Positions 49,515-56,050 of a stretch of 56,050 bases of DNA are shown here, piece by piece. The notes under the pieces are model-generated. The model saw only the letters and a list, made by a program, of their open reading frames with translations, was not told where the DNA came from and ran no database searches. The DNA is from Macrostomum lignano. Its lineage: Eukaryota. A program made the position numbers and the translations under genes. The DNA lies in contig NIVC01003557.1 in NCBI GenBank assembly GCA_002269645.1, positions 1 to 56,050 on the forward strand, in the 5' to 3' direction. How positions within the stretch are numbered: the first letter of the stretch is position 1; each line of letters begins with the position of its first letter.

Positions 49515-49863
49515 GATAACAAAAAAGTTTTTATATGCTATAGATGGATAGATATTTTATGAATTCGATGAGAATTCTTACATCTAGCTAATTGATCTGA
49601 TGCAAAGTGAAAAAAGCTCATTTGAGAAAATTTAAGCAAGGCTTCAGCTTCGAGAGGTTGGCACAGGGCGATCTCATTGGTTCCGAGCATTGATAAACTC
49701 AGGAACCAATTTCTATTGGGTCTTACCAAATATCATGTATCTTCAACACATAATCGCATTCGACTTACCATAACCTATCTTAACCTTTCCTACCCATCTT
49801 TTTACCTGATTTACCTACATACAATTAATAATCTACTACAGGTAAAAGCATCTTTCAAACAAA

Positions 49864-51823
49864 ATGTCTTCCAAGAAAAATTTGCAACGACTTGCAACAA
49901 AGCACTTGCTATCTTCATTTGTTGATAAAGAAAAGAGAGAGCAGGACAAGGTCACCACAGAGGCATCAAGCGGAGCGGAAGAACAACGGATGGACGTCGA
50001 TGAAGGTGACCAGGAAGAGTTAAGTAATGTTGACTTTGATGAGATGGAGTGGAATCGTGATGCAGACGACATCTCCGAAGATGACACCGAAGAAGAGGAG
50101 AGAGAGGAAGATAATCGGCCTTTAGAAGTAAAGCTAGAAGCATTGCTTCTTCTATTTCTCTCAACGTACAATATTTCTCGCAGCGCCATGGCTTTCCTTC
50201 TCGCCGGACTTCGAGAAATCGGCATTCCTGCTCCAAAATCTGTTTTCCGACTGGAACGGCTTCTGAAGAAAGAATTTCCTGTAGGGGAATTACTGGCCAT
50301 GGGGATGGACATTTTAAGTACATCTCAATACTCAATAATCTCCAACTATTAACTCGTCATGGGTTACTGCAACTTGCGCCTGAAAATCTGCAGAAATCAA
50401 GTGGTTCAACAAAAGTGTACACATTTGAGGCCCACCTGAATAGTGACGGATGTCCTCTTTTCCGTGCGAGTCAATTTGGCTTGTGGCCATTATTAATGAC
50501 AATTCCAAAAGCATTCGCTAAGCCATTTCCGGTGGCAATTTGGGCTGGTATAGGCAAGCCACCATTAAAAGAATATTTGCAAGAATTCTGCGCGGAGGCG
50601 ACGATGTTCTTATCTGAACCCGTTAAAATCTCCGATGAGATAAGCATCATGCTCTCCGCTATTTACTTTATATGCGACACCCCTGCGCGCAACTTCCTAA
50701 TGTGCACATCCGGTCACACATCTTACGTTGGTTGTCAATACTGTAGAGCCGTGGGTTCACGTGACGACAACAGAGTTGTCTTTTCAACAACCATCGCCGA
50801 GAGTCGTTGTGGACAGATATATCGCGAAGGAGGTGAAAGCAATCAAGCTGAATCTAAAATATTGTCACCGCTGCTGCACTTGCCGAATATGGACTTCGCG
50901 AACTGGTTCCCACTCGATTTTCAGCATGCAATCTGTCTTGGAGCCGTGAGAAAAATTATGAACTTTTATTTTGGAAAAGGAGGCTGCAAACATTCTAGGA
51001 AACAGTTAAACATCTGTCGGACTACATTGATGAAATTGCCTGCTGGACTCCAAGCAACTTTCAAAGAAGGCCACGGCGCATTGACAAGTGCTTGTCATTT
51101 CTGAAGGCAACTGAATTCAGACAGTATGTTTTGTATCTGGGTCCTGTACTTTTTAAGAGATACATACCAGAAAAACTTTACAAAAACTTCTTACTTTTGC
51201 ACTTTGCCGTGTTCTGCTACTCATCCGAGAAGTACTCTGAACTTTGGTCTCAAGCAAAAAGTTGTATCGAAGTCTTTGTAGAGCAATTGTCCAAAATGTT
51301 TGGCAAAAAAGCTATCAGCTACAACATTCACGCTCTGCTTCATTTCGACTACTTTGTAAGGAAATTTGGTAATCTGAACAACTTTTCGACTTTTCCCTTT
51401 GAGAACTATCTTGGTTCCATAAAGAGGAAAATTAAAGTCACCAGGCATCCAGCTGCACATGCTGTTGTTCAAGCGCTCAAAGTTCGAAATTTGAATTTGA
51501 AGGATCATTGTCTCCCGCCCTTAAAGTACAGCACAAAGAAGGGTGACAACTGCTGCTTCGTTGGTTCGCAGTGTGTGCTAATTCAACACGTGACTATTAA
51601 CGGCAAAGTGTCAGGTAGAATTCTGCGGCCTACTGAAAGCCTCTATACGTATCCATTCCCTTCGCTGCTTCTTGGAATTGGTGTATATCACCTGACATCC
51701 GAGATCACGACTGGACAACCAAGCCGCAAATGTTGGCTCCTACCCCATGCGACTTCGGCAGCAGCTGAGGGCGAGACAGTGGACTCATTCTATGTAATTC
51801 CACTAGCAGGGCACGATGAATAG
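49864..51823 (+). pseudogene. EnSpm/CACTA-like transposase with two frameshifts (~50280 and ~50995)
   Basis: Motifs LNSDGCPLFRAS..LWP, FICDTPARNFL..SGHTSYVGCQYC, PLDFQHAICLG, PSNFQRRPR..KATEFRQYVLYLGP, YNIHALLH and FSTFPFENYLGSIK. The conserved blocks lie in three successive reading frames. Confidence 0.88.
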
Positions 51824-52274
51824 ATTTCTCAGGTAAATATAGTTCATTGGCCTTTCTACTTACTTGTGTCTGTGTTTTATCAATCAATTTAAATAAACAC
51901 CTGTCAGTAAATTAAAAAAGTTCTAAATTATTATTTAATTATTTAATTAGATTCAATTATCGACTTTCATTTCTAAAATAATTATGTTAACAGGATCGAT
52001 AGCGTCATCGACATCTTCCGATTCGTCCTGCGCTGTGTCCCAGAGAAGATGAAGTAAAGCTGTGATTCCATAAAGCAGCTAGAACAGCTGGAATTCCATA
52101 AAGACTGGAGAGGGCTGATAATAAGTAGAGCCATAAGTTTTCATGGAGTCTTGTGAAAGCCTTCACTTCCTATCCTATATACCAAAATGAGTCGTCTGTA
52201 TGTACAGTATGTATGAATGTTATTTTTAAACCCCCATCTCGATCATTTGTAGAAGTCTGTGTCACTGTCAGTGT

Positions 52275-52392
52275 AACACAAACACACACATATATATATA
52301 TTATATATATATATATATGTGTGTATATATATGTACATATATATATATAAAACATATATATATGTGTGTGTGTGTTTGTGTGTATATATATA
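52275..52392. repeat. (TA)n/(CA)n/(TG)n microsatellite
   Basis: Seen directly. Confidence 0.9.
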
Positions 52393-55300
52393 CTTGTGTT
52401 GTTCCCTTGCTCCCCATTAATATTTTATTACCTTTGCGACTTACTGTGTATATTCTTGTTAACCTGTGCTTGTGTTGTGAGCCAGCCACACACAAGTCGT
52501 GCTGGTTTCTACGATATCCCACTATGAAAAATCCATGGAACTAGCTCTTGTTGAGGCATCAAACTAGCTATCGAGACTTTATTTTTAAGCCTCGTATTCT
52601 AATTCTATGCTAGATTTCCAGGAATTCGAGGCTGGTTCGAGAATAGTTTGCGAAAACGCTACCCTAGAACACCTGGTGTTTCCGTGTCCTTAATATGGCT
52701 TGTGTAAAATCCGAGACCTCTCTGTCTCCTTTCTTTATTGCATTTCCTAAGGGAAGCTAACAAAGGGGAATCACAGTCACTGAACAAAGTAAGCACTAAG
52801 GGTTGCGTAAATACTCGTATGAATTGCGTTTTAGACCGCTTTATTAATCAAGCCATATTGTTATGAACCCCTTTTCGCGATCGATTCTTCAACTATATAG
52901 TTGAGATTATTCTCACTGCTCCCAAAAAATTACTAAGCTAAGGCCCCAAAGCCTTCAAATTTGTGCAGACCTTGTGCAGTATGTTTACATCCGAATGCTA
53001 AATATTCAAATGAGTGCGTTACTAAGTGTCAAGCTAAATATTACTTTAGAGTTAATCTTCAAGTTCAATGCTTGGCAGGCTTGTCATTTGAGTATTCGAA
53101 TTCTCAGTAAAGAGTATTGCAGCTTTTATCTAAAGGCAAATTTCTCAATGACTCGTAAACTTGTGCACCCAGGTCAAGTAATTTTCCAAGAAATGCCTTT
53201 TCTATTCATCCTGTGTGAGCATTTTTGTAAGAATTAGCTGGTAAAATAAACTGAGTCTTGCTTTCAATTCCTTGCAATCAATATACATGTACCTATATTT
53301 GAAAATGAGGAACCTAATACTTGTGTTGCTTTATTATTGTCAGATTATAGTTTTTAGTATATACATGTTAGGACATAGATAACTTTAATGGAGACTCAGA
53401 TATGAGATTCTAACCGATTATTAGAGCGTGCCAGTCGGTGTCACCCACAAAAAGAATGTCTCTATCTCAATCAGCTTTCGACTTCGAGATTTTTGAAGGG
53501 CGCTTATGCTTTCGCAGTTTTTGTACAGATGTTAAGAAACGGCGAATGCAACTGCTTGTTATTCTGAGTCTGTTTGAAATATCTGATACCATTTTTTTTC
53601 GTAACTTGTGATACGGTATACATGTATATAATTAAGCCAATATATACCAAAGCTCTATACGAAAGAACAAAGCAAACCAAACAAAGATTTCCTAGCTCTG
53701 CTTCTCCCCTTTCCCCTTAAGAGTGGTGTGCCACGATTTGCATGGATTTGGCCTTAAAAAATCGGGATACCGAACCGAAGCAACTGAAGCAGAAATTCGT
53801 TTCTGCGTTGTGCCTCTAACGGGCGACAGTGATTAGATTCAAACGGATTTGTTATTAGCTCGACTCGTATATAGCCTAAAGTTTATGTCAAGATTTCTAG
53901 ATTGTATATTGGTATTAATTGAAACGTATATCGTTTCCCACAGCTGTTTTGGAATCATCAATCAGCTGCTTTGATTTCTCGACTCCGCCCCGAATGCATT
54001 TGCCGAAAAAACTACTAGCTTATGCGACTGTGAACTGGCATCATCGATACACAAAGAGACTGAAACCTCGAGAACGCTAGCTATAAGTCCGTTTTTTGTT
54101 CTGCCTTGCTTTCTTGGTTCTGCTTTGTTGAAGGCCTTCCTAATGTATCAAAACCAAGATTTATATCTGTTTAGCTGCATAGCTAACAAAAATCGTGGAA
54201 ACCCATTCTATTCATGGTCTGAGAACCCTGATCATGCATGGACGACTATATATAAGCACCCGGACAGGAAACGGAAAATACATTATTTTTTTCTGTACAA
54301 CATGGGGCAAAGTTCCTTTCTGAGGAAGAGAGGAGTGGGGGCCCTTCTCCGCAACACTCTTTCCCTCACGGCATCCCAAACAAGCAAACGCGTACATATC
54401 GCGTTCCAGCCTGAAGCCAAAGTGAGCAAGTGCATGAAAAGACAGTGACACAGACTGTGGGGTTGTACATTGACAAGTGGTTTGAATAAGGATAACTGTT
54501 GCCTTTTCTCCTCGATTGCACTATAATTTAGTGACTCTAAAACGTTATTTATCTGCATTTTTTCACCAACTGTTTGCTGATTATTTTAAATTGCCAATCC
54601 TGCATAAATAAACAGTGCCGAATTCTGAAATAGTAGTTATTGGCATTGGCATGTCATCAATAAATGAGATTCTGTCTTGCGCTCAAAACTTATTTTCCAT
54701 GATTGATTCTTTTGGTGGCTGAGGAACGGACTGGCTGGGGGAAGAAAGAATGCCCTCATCTTGTACAGGCGGCAATTTCGCTTTCAGTCCAGTAGAATCT
54801 AGGAGTCCATGGATCGTGCCTGGATCAAACAAAGAGGCTGGAAAAAAAACTTTTTTCTTATCGGGGGAGTATCGGACGAGACAGTAGGAACCTGGTGGCG
54901 TGGCAAAAAAGATGTCGGAAGGAGAAGCTCGAGAGGCTAATAAATTAGATTTTTGCTTCTAAATGGAAGAAGCAAAAGAGATAAAGGGTTCCGAATGCCG
55001 TGGGTATCCTCATGCCCATTTCCAAACATATACAATATAGACAGGTAAAGTGAAGTAAAAAAGCCTCTAGGACCATAAAAATGGTTTATCTCACCGCTCG
55101 ATCGATACAGAGCGGGTCTCTTTCTTGGACAGAGCATATGTCCAACAGATACGGCTCTGTTGGACCAATGCTATACTTTTTGCGGCCTCAGTCATACATA
55201 TCGGGGGGAAGAACCTTCTGTGTTGATTTTTCGTCCCGGCAAGCCTCGAGATTTGGTCTGTGACTCGAAGAATAAGAACAAAGAGGTTCGGTTGTCTCCA

Positions 55301-55489
55301 GAGCGGCCAGATGTGGGTCTGCGATCTGTGAAGCATCTGCATTTGGCCCCCTGTCTTTAGCAAACTCAGCATTGCTTTCCTGTGCCTGGTCCCCTGGGTC
55401 CAGGAAACTGCTTTCTCCTGGTCAAGGAAGCTGTATTAGTAGACCCAAACATGAAACTCCACAGATCACTAGAGCGTATCAGTCGGTGT

Positions 55490-56050
55490 CATCTGTAGAA
55501 TTTCATATTTGACTCTAGTAAAACAGCTTGGCAATTGCTGATTGATTATCCTGGATTTCCCGTATTTTAATGCATAGAAAATTTTCCGGAATCGCCGCCT
55601 TGGAATATCTAGAAAGCAGATTAAGCTAGAGACATGATTCTTTCTAGGGAAGAAGGGACTGACACGCTCTAATGATCTGTAGAATCTCATATTGAGTCTT
55701 CTAATAACAGCTTTTGGCAATTTTGATATTGCATTCACCTTATTTAAATACATGGAATTTTCCTGGAATATTCTCCGCCTTTGAATATCTGGAAAGCAGA
55801 TTAAGCTAGAGACACGATTCTTTCTGGGGAAGACAGGGACGTGACACGCTCTAATGATCTGTAGAATCTCATATCTGAGTCTTCTAATACAGCTTGGCAA
55901 TTTGTGATTGATTTTCTGCGAATTTCACCATTTGAAATGCATTAGCAATTTTCTGGAATCGCCGTTTTTGAGTGAATATCTGGAAAGCAGATTAAGCTAG
56001 AGACACGATTCTTTCTGGGAAAGACAGGGACTGACACGCTCTAATGATCT
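55490..56050. repeat. ~185-bp satellite, at least 3 diverged units, running off the window end
   Basis: The anchor GACACGCTCTAATGATCT recurs at 55661, 55843 and 56033 (periods 182 and 190). Confidence 0.9.

Larger units (their letters stand above)
46564..51823. mobile_element. CMC/EnSpm (CACTA)-like DNA transposon core; termini not resolved
   Basis: Divergently oriented transposase and DUF4806-type accessory gene. A possible left terminus CCCAGTGGAGCA at 45064 has no matching right end in the window. Confidence 0.75.

Noticed and set aside
54125-54448. ORF with YFFLYN...RKRGVGALL, reminiscent of a LINE endonuclease
   Set aside because: A single weak motif, with no downstream APE or RT motifs found.

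Overview
Eukaryotic (animal) genomic DNA, not prokaryotic. It has GT-AG spliced genes with GC-rich exons and AT-rich or minisatellite-filled introns, a style that suggests a flatworm such as Macrostomum (inference only). By hand-assembling phase-consistent exons I can support four host genes: (1) the last exon of a fibrinogen-domain protein (+, 1399-1862); (2) a 4-exon FAM151/menorin-family gene (-, 6367-9540) with a 1-nt frameshift; (3) a 4-exon, 425-aa F-box protein whose C-terminal half resembles a PP2/Nictaba-type beta-sandwich (-, 12711-16577); (4) a 20-exon, ~2384-aa VPS13-family lipid-transfer gene (-, 18577-43267) that appears to lack the VAB and ATG2_C modules. A weakly supported orphan membrane-protein gene may lie at 3146-4039. 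Mobile elements are a young 5'-truncated RTE-type LINE inserted in a 12-bp minisatellite with a 10-bp TSD and a 20-copy 17-bp array at its 5' junction; a CMC/EnSpm-like element with a frameshifted transposase head-to-head with an intact 5-exon DUF4806-type gene; two hAT MITEs carrying tandem repeats; a 39-bp TIR-only micro-element with an 8-bp TSD; three copies of a ~440-bp MITE; and LINE remnants. About 25 distinct tandem arrays occur, mostly one per intron. Most ORFs in the supplied track are artefacts of these arrays. No CRISPR, rRNA or tRNA genes were seen. Domain calls come from recognising motifs by eye, not from database searches.
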